From: Ascidiella aspersa
Lineage: Eukaryota
Length of the DNA stretch: 64,000 bases
Direction: 5' to 3'
Assembly: GCA_963924565.1 (NCBI GenBank)
Contig: OZ004612.1
Location: 23,250,001 to 23,314,000 of the forward strand
The position numbers and the translations under genes are program-made. Under the pieces are notes generated by a model that ran no database searches, was not told the DNA's origin, and was given only the letters and a program-made list of their open reading frames with translations. Shown piece after piece: positions 15,001 through 27,000 of the stretch; the first letter of the stretch is position 1; every line of letters starts with the position of its first letter.

Positions 15001-18000
15001 TCAATGCAGAACTATAACGACATGTGTTTTTAGCAGTCTGAACGTTCGGTTTTACAAGTCTTCAGCAACCTAAGCAAAGTTTTCCAAACAAACCACTTTT
15101 ACTGCTAGTCGCTTATTGGCTAGCAAACAAAATATCATAAAAAAAATCTTAAATGCTTTATGTCACGCAGGCATTTGTTATCAGAAACGAAATAGCATTA
15201 CTGAAATACTTAAACAGGATGCGGCAGGCATCAAGTACACAACTTTGTGCAAGGCAAACGACATGTTTGTATTACTATAAATTGCCATTAATCAACAAAG
15301 CAAAAATATAATGTGAAATTTAATTATCGTCGATGCTGCGACGGCAAATAAATTTGCCACATTGACAAGAGTTAAAATTGACGAACCTCAGTAAATTTAA
15401 AGAATGTGTAAATCAACAAATGCGATTTGGTGTTTATTTTAAAGTTAGAAGGTAACTACAATTTTGTTCAACTTAAATAACACATAGGATTTATTATTTT
15501 ATATTTTCGTGTAACGCCTATATACGTGAGAAAGACCAACAAGTATGATGTGATCCTGCTTAGATTTCTCAAATAAGCAATTAGTTGATTGCGTTTGAAC
15601 CACGTTGGGTATTTACTTTAGGAATTAAGATTTAAGCAAGATTCAGAAGTGTAAAGGTGAGGTTCTGTCATCTGTAAACGCGTCTCGATGTACCAAATGT
15701 TGTTTTATCTGCGTGACCTATACTAGATTATGAAACTATAGCTTCTGTTCGCTATTGTATTAAAAAGATCCGCGATGGAACCAGAGAATCGCACATTAAC
15801 TTAGATTTCACGCCGGGCGCTATAATAGATTAAATGGCTGCCCTGAAGATATGCCCTGAAGAAGACAACCTGGATAGGTTATCGAAACGTCGGCACAGAA
15901 TAAATAATTGTCGAAAGAACCCTCTTTATAATTGAAATAATGCCTGGCAGCAACAGTATATTCATTAAATGGCTATCACTAAATTTATTTGGGGAGTAGG
16001 TTCCCTACGAAAATGTGAAAATCTTTGACAATAGGTCATTACGAAATCTTTGATCCCACGACGAAAATGTTAGAAAATCGATTTACGAAGGAATTAAATA
16101 TGCTGTTTCTAACGGATACAATAAATAAGAAACCGGATAAGTTACGAAGAAATTGTCGCTGACGCGCAGGTTTCAAGACTTCTCTAGGCCAAAAGGCTCG
16201 GGATCCAAAAATAGATTAATGTGGCAAACGCAACTTGGCGGCACGCATATATGGATTCGCGGCATCATTATATAGTGGCAGCAAATGCCGAGTTAGAACA
16301 GCGCGGCCTTGAAATGTAAATGGCCGAAGGAAGTAATCCGATATCTATCCCGAAGTGTATGGGAATGAGGTGGCCTGCTGGCACGCCGGTCACCGTCAAC
16401 CATTCCTCCCAGGCGAATACAGTGATTAAGCGTTGAACGAAACGAAAGAACGCGCAGCTACAACTGGATACCGACTGCGAGCCTGCTGGATAAATAACAC
16501 GGCGCGTTTTGAAATGAAAATGAAGTCTGACCGGTTAGTTGTCTTTGCTGTTTGGCAGGCAACGCTGGGATACCGACTTCCGCCGCGAAATGTGCACCTT
16601 GGGACGTGTTCCTATTTACAATTGCTCGCCATTGCGGCGTCCGATTTCTATTCCGGCTAACCTTGTTTCCTCAATGAGTTAACATAAAAACTTATAAAAA
16701 TTCGACTGAGTTAATTCCCAAATGATGGACACTCAGGTCTCTCTTGCCACATATTCCCACGTTTACGGGCTAAGTGACCAGCGATGGATAACGCAGGCCT
16801 AGCAAGGCTGCCGCCAGTCTTGTGTATACGATCGTCGGCTGCAGTAAAGTGCGGCATATGGTTAATGCCGTGAAATCGTATTAGCTTTTCCACCTTTTGC
16901 ATAAGGGGACCCGCGACGCTTCTCCGATTCTTACAGGCGCATACCGCTAAATGAATGACGAGATAGATCGATAGCCGAAACGCAATTAAGCTCGAATCAT
17001 GCCGCCTACGTTCTATAGTTGCAAAATCACGACAAACACCAAGCACTGCTATTCTATTTTCAGACGAGCTTGCAACATAACATCTCTCCCCACGTTCACA
17101 TTGCAGCTTTCAAGTGGCGAGTAAACCGGCGATTCAAAATGTAGTTACAGTGTTAAAAACCTCCCTAAAATGCTGCCAACTCTCCTGTTTTACTTTAATC
17201 AGATTCACCTTAAGCCATTATAGGTATACGCGACTACATTGGAATATAAGTGACTGTTTTGTGGCATCGTACAAAAGTTATTAATGACACGCAAAATGGT
17301 GTGCGTGTTTATACAATTTACAAACTAATCCATTAAAAAAGAATACGAAAAATGTTTATAATTACTGACCGGAAAATAAACACTAGCAGCGTTACACTTA
17401 ATAACAATCCATCAGTCAGAAATATACGTTTTAACTATTGCATAACGAAATATTCGCTGCATGAGTTATTTGTCACTAATTTGGATTTTCGCTCTAGAGC
17501 AGTGGTTTCTCAAACTGGGATAAAGCGATTCGTTAGAGGTTAACATAGCCGAGCTGATAGCAAAGAAGAAATTGCACCCGTCGCATTGACACCTTTAAAA
17601 ACAACGTGTTATTTTGTGTTTATTTGTGTATATTTTTAAGGAGACCGCATCAGCTATTTAAAAAATTGCTAAGGGACCGTTGTGTAATTTTTTTAGAAAA
17701 GGTTTGACAACCACTGCTCTAGAGGCTTAGTTTTACGATACGTCATTGTCAATTTTTAAGTTGCAAAACATTCATCCTATACCTTTCTGATTTGCAAAAA
17801 GTTTGACATCGTTGGACTAGCAAGTCCGCTTGAGGAACTTTGTGAGCTTGATGTTTATACTTTTCGGACCCTATATTGGATATTGCCTTTTACATCTTTA
17901 TTTAGTTATTTTTCAGCCATGATGCATGTTAGGGTGAAGGAAACATAAGGGTTTCACATTGATTTTCGTTATAGTGTCCCAATCCTAATTTAGTTGTGAA

Positions 18001-21000
18001 ACAACTTTTAAACTTACAAATCTTCAAGGAAATGTAGATGATTGAAGGCCTTGGGAGGAATTACGCTGATGTTGTTGATGCTCAGGTCTCTGAAATTAAA
18101 AAGTACGGTTAGTTTCTTGCTGGCGGCCATACGCGTAATACAGGTGTAACAAAATGTCAAAGACGTGTTCTTCCGCCTGTAGCATTTAGAGATATCTTTA
18201 TCTTCCCATCGCAACACATACTTGGCGTCACTATCACACCTCATGTGTTATTGTTAGACGTAGGAAGGTCTACCAACACTCCTATCATCGCGACCGTTGT
18301 GGAAACAAGATGAAATCTTTGTGAAAAACGACCCAATTAAAGTGTGGTGGGCAACCCGTGAAGTCTGCAATTGTTTGTGTGCGACATGGCTGTAACAGCC
18401 TGGAAGTTTCAGTGTTTGGTGAATCAACACAACACCTGTCTGATCAAAGCTCGTGTAGCATCAACAACAAACATGTTTAACCTTTCGCATTAGTGACTTT
18501 TTGTGATGACACAGCTAGTATTTTGCAACTGTCGTACGCGATTTATGCCTATAGCACAAACTATATTAGAAATGGTATTATCTTAAGTTATATTATAATC
18601 CACGCTGTCAATATTAAGATATCTAAAAAAGCATAAAAATGCAAAGCGCTATCACTGAAATTCAAGCAAAATTTATATAATAATATGTAAAACCTTGACA
18701 CTACGACGAATTTAAGTTTTTAGGAATGTATATGGTGTAAATAATAATACGCGAAAGGTCCGCTTTTCGAACATAATTATAGACAAACTAAGTTGGTTAC
18801 CTATGAAAAGTATGATACAAAGATAAATTGTGCGTGACGTTAAAAAATCTGTTTTAGATTGGAGTTCGAAAACACAAAGGTTCAACAATGTTGAAAAAAA
18901 CAAGTTTGATTTGGCGTCAACCAGTGAACTGAGAATGATTCTATACACTGTTCCAGACAAAAGCGAAGATATTTACTGAAACGTAGCTACCACGGTGTGA
19001 ATGCTTCCATTTAGGAGCGACAGGTACCAGATGTGTTTCGCGACTTCGTCACGCCGCTGACACCATCGCGTCACAACGGCTCATTCCTCCAAGTCACCCC
19101 TGTCGCGAAGCGATAAACAAAAACGACGCGTCGGGGGGTAAAAGGCGACGGAAAAGCGCCCGGGGGCCGCGGCGATCGTCGACCGGTAATCGTGTAAATG
19201 ATTGCAAGGCAAGACCAAACAAGAGGCGATTTGTTTGGATACGTGAGCTAGCGGCGTTTCGCACGCGACAAAATGCGATAGTCGACCGGCCAAGCGTGCT
19301 TTCCGGCCCACGAGATGATTCCGTCGACCACCTTACATGACAAACGCGTACGACGTATTACGAGGAAGCTTGTGGAGGAAGCACAAAGCGATTTTTGTAC
19401 ACGATTGCGACAGAAACATTTTGCGACCTTAGAATGTTCAAGAACGTGTGGGTTGGCACAGCGATCTTTTTCAGAGCCAAAGTTGTAAAAAAGTTTGTGT
19501 TCAAGTGTATATAATTTTGTGTGTGCGTGTGGCGGGAAGTGGGGATTTAGGTTTGAATGTGTGCGTATGTGTTTAAGAAGTACAAAATGTATTTCCAAAC
19601 ATATGTTAACTGTCGCTTTTTACAAGATCATAAAAAGCGAAACTTCATAATGTTAAAACGATAACAATCAAAACCACCGATACATTGTTGGCTACATAAA
19701 AGGGAACAAAAAAGCGAACTCCCTCGATTACAGGTCTGTTTGATATTGCGGAAACATACGCTGCGGTTTATTAAAAAAAAAACAATTCAAGAGAGAAGAA
19801 ACAAACAACCCCCCCTCGCACACTTGCGGGCGCCCACAGTCATCCAACCCTAAACGAATGAGCGATTCGCTCCCCGCACCTAAATGTACGAAAAAACGAA
19901 CATTTTTCAACACCACACCAGAGTGTATAGGGTTGTCAACACCCCGAAAGAAAGTGCAGCATCGAATGTCGCACAAACACGAGACCCGGGTATGGCCATC
20001 AGTCATCTCCCGCCAAACATGCCGGGATTTAAAGGATTAGCAGCACCCAGACCGTGTCGCCCCACCGGCGATATTGCGACCCCTACGCGGCACAAAGGCC
20101 AAGTTTGGGGCGGGATTTCGCAATCTGCAAACCAACATTAGCTGTGTAGGATACCCTGTGGGTCGCGCTCCCAGCGACATGGTCTAAACACAGCGGAAAT
20201 CCCTTAGGGTATGAAGTTCACGGGTAGACCGGCGATGAACGCCATTTTCAACACCCTGGGCTTGTATTCGATATCAAACGCCTCTTAGATTATTTTTTTT
20301 GCCCGCTCGCTGCACGTAGCAGTAATCCAGATAGGGATTTCATGAAGGCCCCAGTTATGCGGCAGACGTTGAAAGATCAAGAGCAACCTAACTTCATCCA
20401 GTGTCGTCTAATATATTGAGAAAATGTCGGTCGGCGAACGCGATCGCTATGCTGGATAAACATCAATGCTGAAACTATAAGGTTGTTCAACAGAATCGTG
20501 ATAACCCCTATTGCTTTCGCATACGTGATAAATTAACTTTGGAGCATAATGGTTGAAGGTTGTAGTAAGACGTCAACGTCGCTAAAATTGAATAAAGAAT
20601 AATTCGAAACGTTTAAAATGATACCTATTTCTGTATGCTTTGATATTCCTATTGCGTGATAAAATAACCTTGGCTGGTTTACTAAACACCCTCTTAAAGC
20701 TCATAGTAACATAGAAGTGATCTTTCTACGAAAAAATGACCGATGTATAAGAAAAAGCTCGATCCATGACGTAATTGATAATACGCAAACGATTTTTACC
20801 GAATGCTTATACAAACAAAAGTGAACGAGGGTTGTGAGCGGGGGCGGGGTTAAAAGGTGCGAATAGAGTGGCCGCATAGCTGGGGAAGCAGTCGGGCCCT
20901 CGCTTATATATGTATACATACAACAACGAGTCATGCGCCAAGTCAGGCGGCCCAGATGTTCCGGGTACCATTTGCGAGGTGAATGCATTTCGGTCGCTCG

Positions 21001-24000
21001 CTTCGTTTGCGCCGCTTTTCAATAAAATGACAACAACGAATTGTCGGCTGTCCGTAAAGATTTCGGATGAAAGAGCTTGTCCGAGTCAGAGCCATGGGAA
21101 CTAAATGACCCGCTGTCACTTGAGTTGCATAAACGTGACGCGATTAATGTGATTCATTTCAGGACGGCATTTTTAGTCTTATGAAGGAGTGTTCTGGTTT
21201 TCGTAGAATGATGTAAGATCTCTTTTTGTTATCGAAAGAGACTATTTTGTTTTATTGTAGTTCACGCTATTTACTCAAAAGCTGCAACACTACTCTCTTG
21301 TAATAAAAACTGACTTTCCAAAAATAAAAATCACGGGGTTTAAAATGTTGCTATCAAATGCTACAAGTGCATTATTGAGGCTGTCGCAAGTCATTGAAAT
21401 TGTGTACAATCAGCATCGATACAATCTTCAATCTATATAAAATCGTCGTTTTAACGCCCATGATGCCTGCGATGATTTTGTAGAAATCACCTCACCTAAC
21501 GTAAGTGTCTCGACCCGAGTTGGTTCTTACTTTTAAGTTTCAGTAATTTCACGGCGATTGTATTGGTGCTATTTTAGGGATTTAACATGGCAGGGAACAA
21601 CAAGTATAGTCACATGCATGTTTTACAACAACAACGGCAACAACTATTTTAGGAATCTTTGTATATGGCCGTATTTGTCCTAATTACAGTGCCACCTGAT
21701 TTCTCTATTTTAGGAATGTGCATCTCAAAACTCGTACTTTGCAACACTTGCCAATTCACCAATTTGGTTCAGGTTACCGTCGTAAAAACAAGATACGAAA
21801 TCGAGGACATGTTGGCGTAATCGATTTAAAACAGATAAGAGCCGCTTATCAACATTACACAAACGTTACCCTCTTTCAGCTGTCGCCATTTGTTACAAAG
21901 AAACGGACGCTGAATTGGGCTGAAACGACGATATGGAAAGCTCGTAAATTGTCGAGTTAGTTGCGGGTACAGCACAAACAAATCGCTAATCCGGCACGGA
22001 AGAGTAAATATATTAAGCGCGGGATTATCGACTTCGCAGACCTCCGAGATAATATTTTGCGTGCGGTTCATACGAACAGGAAGTCGCCACGCAAATTGTG
22101 GGCCAGTGTTTTTTAACTGTTGCCTTCGTAACCCTTGTGGGTTACACTTGCAAGCGCATATATTTTTAATTATTATCTAGTCAGTTTAAACTCAGACCTG
22201 TGACTTTTGTTGTAACCTCAGATATCTTCTCATTTGTTTGAAACGTGGGGGCAAGAAACTGTTGGGAGCTCGTGTAATGGAGTCCAGCCATTGTAAAAGG
22301 TTAAGAATCACTGCTTAAAGGCTAACCAGTAGACAACCTTGAACGTGTTTTGGTGTTCCTTAGCGTACCACATTTTTGCAGAAGACACAAAAAAAGTCTA
22401 ATTGTCGATTGGGTTATACAGTACACGTTAAAATATGCCGTTCATCTAAACTTGCCCAATATTACTCGTTTAATTCTTTGTTAAGTGCATGTGATCAACT
22501 GAAAAATTAACACATGTATCGTTTTGGTTGTTTTGTGAAAAGTTTTCACATAAATATATTTTCTAAAAAATAATCGTAATATCGCGATGATTACAGAAGG
22601 GTTGATACTTTTCCGTTAATTTTCATTAAAGTCAACGTTCTTTATGTGGAACGCAACCCGATTTTCTGAAAGACAACGTGATTTATCTGAATGAAAAACA
22701 AACGATCACCGAAACTATAGCCGAGACATCGGAAAGTATTGCAAGAAAGCTCAACGAGGTCAGCCAAAAATTGTTGAGAAAACAATCACAGCAAAATTCT
22801 TGCGCCTATCACTCATTTTTAATAGAGCGTCAGTGATGCATAGCTCGGTGCGATTCAATTAAGTTGGATTTCCAACGCCTAAGGTAAGCTATTTCTTTAT
22901 GCTTAACTACTACACTATGAGGAATCTAATGAGTTTTCGTTATGCCCGTTCGCAAGTTTTTGGTGTGTTTTAATTTCGTACACGGCTATATTGTCACGCG
23001 TGTGCGCGCGAATGGGACTCACCGCAATAAAAAAATTGCTCTTTGGCGGCCAGTTGAGATTCCAAACTTATTGGATGTTTTTTCTCAGTGTCCACGTAAC
23101 TTGACCTTTTTATTAATTGAAAATCTGTTACTGTTTATGGACTTCATGCACCGATAAATCAAAAATCAACATAATTATATTTGAACTCGGGTTTCATCTA
23201 AGTAAAATTAGGAACGCTTTCGAAGTTAATATCAGTGGACAGGTCTAACTTTAATTATTAAGTCAAACTTTCTCGAATTCTGTGTTAAACTTAAAAATAA
23301 TCAATGAATGGTGGGTATTGTATATCAGTTTGAAAAATGAATGAGATAAATAACGCAAATTTTTACGAAAACCTTTGGGATGTTTGTGTTTTGCAATTCT
23401 AACATTCTTCCTATTAAAGAGGGTTGTTCTATTGTACATGTACGCCATGATGGAGGCTATGCATGACGGATCACAATAGATTCATATCCTGTAGAAAATA
23501 ATAAAAAGATGACCCCAAAAAGCAGTGCTTGGAAAAGTTAGCATTACGAGGCTATTTAGCCATGTGCTTCACCAACAACGGTCTCCGTTACGAGCATTTT
23601 TAAAAATGGAACGCTAATCCACTTATGAAATTCGTATTAAAAGCCAGCTGGTTGGTTGGCAACACTACACATTAGGCTGAAACCCAACAGTTTACAAAGG
23701 CTAGTAAAAATGGGTTGGCTCACGCCTCGTGTTATTTTCGCACTGCTAAGTTCAACTTAGCAGCCTGACAACAGTAAAAGAAAGGATACAGGGTAGAAAA
23801 TAGGGCGCGACAAGACCCTTGTGTTTTTCGACCAGCGGTCTTCGCTATAAACTGGTCGGCCGAAATTGTTGCACACCTTCCCAACTCAAATAAGCGTTTT
23901 ATTCTATTTTTTACCAACTAAAATAAAAAAAAAAGTAAAATAAGTGGTGAACGTGTAGTGGCTTTTTCTTCCCATTGGCCAAAAGTAGGCCGGGAATGGC

Positions 24001-27000
24001 TGATATGTCAGTAATGTTCAGACCCAGTCCTCAGGACATCCATTCTCCGATAAGGAAACGGTGCCGCCACTTGGAGGTACGTCCAGAGTTGAACTGCGCA
24101 TCGCAAGAAAGTTAACGTTTTTACTTTTTTGTTTATGGTGTAGCGTGTAGGTAATAATATAAGTGTCGGTGTAAGTAATAATTTTAGAAGTGTACTGCCC
24201 CCCAAAAACCCGGTGTTACCCAGGAAAAATGGAAGGATACTGCCCTTAAGGAATCCTGTTAAAGACCCCCGTCAGGTAAGTACTCGAATAAGCGGGCGCG
24301 GTGCGTATGTTGTGAAGGCGACAGACAACAGCCGTTCTCGTTTATACAGGCGCTGGTACGCTGCGGTGCCATCACGTGACGCGGAAACCACAGCGGTGCT
24401 GCGCCCGCGGACCGAAATAGCATCGCATTAATAAGCGCAAGGAGTGGGACTCGCAGGCTGCCATCAGGGGTTGGTATACACTCTCATTGGTATAGTAAGC
24501 GACGCACGGTCACTTTATGTACGAATTCGCCAGTAAATAAGCACAGCGTCCCAACGGAGCAGCAGCAACGCAGCGCGCTATGCTTGTGTCAGCCAGGGCA
24601 CTGGTTAGGTACCAACAACTGCTTCGACATTATTTAATTAGGCTACAGCGCGCGCCCATCTAGCGTTTAGCATATGCACGGGCTGCGGCCGAGCGATATT
24701 GCAAGGGGGTGAACGCTGATTGATATTTCGCCGTCGCGTGCCGCCCAATGTGACCCGATCTCACTTGGCATACCGCCGCTGCCACAGAATCATCGCAGTA
24801 CGGCACAGCTGGCGCCTTACTTTCCGCTTTTCGTGCACGGCGCGGTTCATAACTGCCTGCCTGCGTTTGTCGTGGGTATTTCCCTATTTTAACGTTTCCA
24901 AACTTGTTTAAGTATACGAAATCGGAGCGTCTTAAGAGGGTTCACATCGCAGATACATTAAATGACTTGTACGCCTACGAAAAGTCTCTTATTCTTGCTT
25001 TAATCTTCTACCGCGAACCGTAAAATGCAGTCAGCTAAAGCCTAAAGGCGAAGCGTTTTCGATTTTACCTTTTTTCGATTTTTATTTTACCGTTTCCAAA
25101 CTTGTCAAAGCATACCAAATCGGGGCGACTTGAAAAAGTTCACATCGCAGAAAATCGAATGGTTTGTGATCCTTCGGAAAATCCCTTGCTCTTGTCTTCA
25201 GCTTTCTAGGGCAAACCATAAATCGCCAGCAGCTAAAAGCGCCGTTCAACTTGTATCGATGCAACAACTACGCTTGGCGTGAATCGTCGCCCCGACGAAG
25301 CCTATTCACTATTTGTCTCATGTTTTTTTAAAAGGAATACACAAGCCAAATACACAACGCATTACTTTCGTTTCGAGGCGGTATTTATCAGCGTTTGTCT
25401 TTCTGCCATGCTACATGTGGAGAATAGCGTCACATTCCAAATATTTTGCAAGAGAAAAATAATTTAAAAAACTTAGGGTTCCCCACAGCGGTTTTCACAC
25501 AAATATTCCACTACGGTATTTCAGCGATATAATCATAATACGTTCGTTCAAGCAACTTTTTTCTTTCACAAAATCAAAGTTGATGCGATAAAACTACTGA
25601 AAGACTACTGCCAATAAACTACATTATCGTACGAAAACCAATAATTGGATTTACCAATAACAAATAAAGAACGTTTTTGAGAATATTTGCAACCAAATAT
25701 CCAACAGGCTAACCAACAACCCTATTTTTCTGGGCTGTTCGATTTTACGCCAATTTTAAGACTTCAGGAGCATGGACGTGGACACACCTTATTCGAGAAC
25801 AACTTCACGCCAAACATCTCAAAATACATGGGCAGCCTATGTGTTTAAAATGGGTCATGGCCCAGCAAAGCTAACATGAAGACCTGTAAAACCAAACAAG
25901 TAGGAATGTATATCGCACTGCGACTCTTTGAAGTCCGTCCGGGCATAAGCAACGGGCACATAATCCGCAATCTCTACTCACTTCTAGTTCGGCTGTTTGT
26001 CAGCGTAAACACGAAATTCTACTCGCGATGAAAGTCAAATTGAGCGGCTTGCCGAGTTTGGACACGATGAAAAATGACGGCCACGCAGAAGGGTCATCAC
26101 TCAGCCGAATGCCACCCGCGCTGATCAAGCTAATACCAAAGCACGGCGGCTCTCAGAACTCTGAAGCGCTATACTTAACACGCTTGAGAGAGGATTAGGT
26201 AGCGTTTGATCGAACGGGATTTGGCACCTTGGTTTTACGACCAAGAAAGCAACACCATCGCCACATACATGTTGAATAGCATAGTACAGCATAGTCGATG
26301 GCGACTCTTAATTAGTATGCATATACAGAGTGGGCCAAAAGTAGGCTTACAGTTATAAAAAGTAGGGTTTGGGTCTAAAAGTAAATTTATTGTTTTGGGG
26401 TTCTGCTCATACACCTTGTCCTTTACAACACCCCAAAACCTAAAACTATTGGTGTCAGGTCAGGTGAGCGTGGTGGCCATTCAATATACCCCTTCTTCCA
26501 AGCCTACGCTGTCGAAAACCTGTAAGCCTACTTTTGGCCCACCCTGTACATAAACATGAATATGATGTTGTGAGTCAGAAATAAAATAAACGCTCTTATA
26601 GTGTAAATAAAGTATTGCGTGTCGCACAATCCATTGTAAGATCGCCTATATTTTGCTCTAAATTCCATCAGCGCATTTTTGTAGCAATAATTACTGCCAT
26701 AAACTGGTCCCGCAAACACTAGGCGCCGAAGAGATTTTAATGATCGATCATACCAAAAACAAAGACGTTAATCCGTTTTTCAAAGAAGCTAATTCGTGTG
26801 GATATCATCAGGTGGGCAAAGGAAAAAAAGTTACACGCTTTGTGGGCAGCGCTCGCCTTTTCGCGATTAACGCCAGCTTCGGGGCTGTGCAAATTCGCCG
26901 AGGGGTTTGAGCAAATAGGGCGACGCCGCGCGGGCGCTGACCCATTTAGGACCTCAAAACCAGGTTCAGTCGCACGGCGAAGGTCGCTCTTGGCTCTGAA

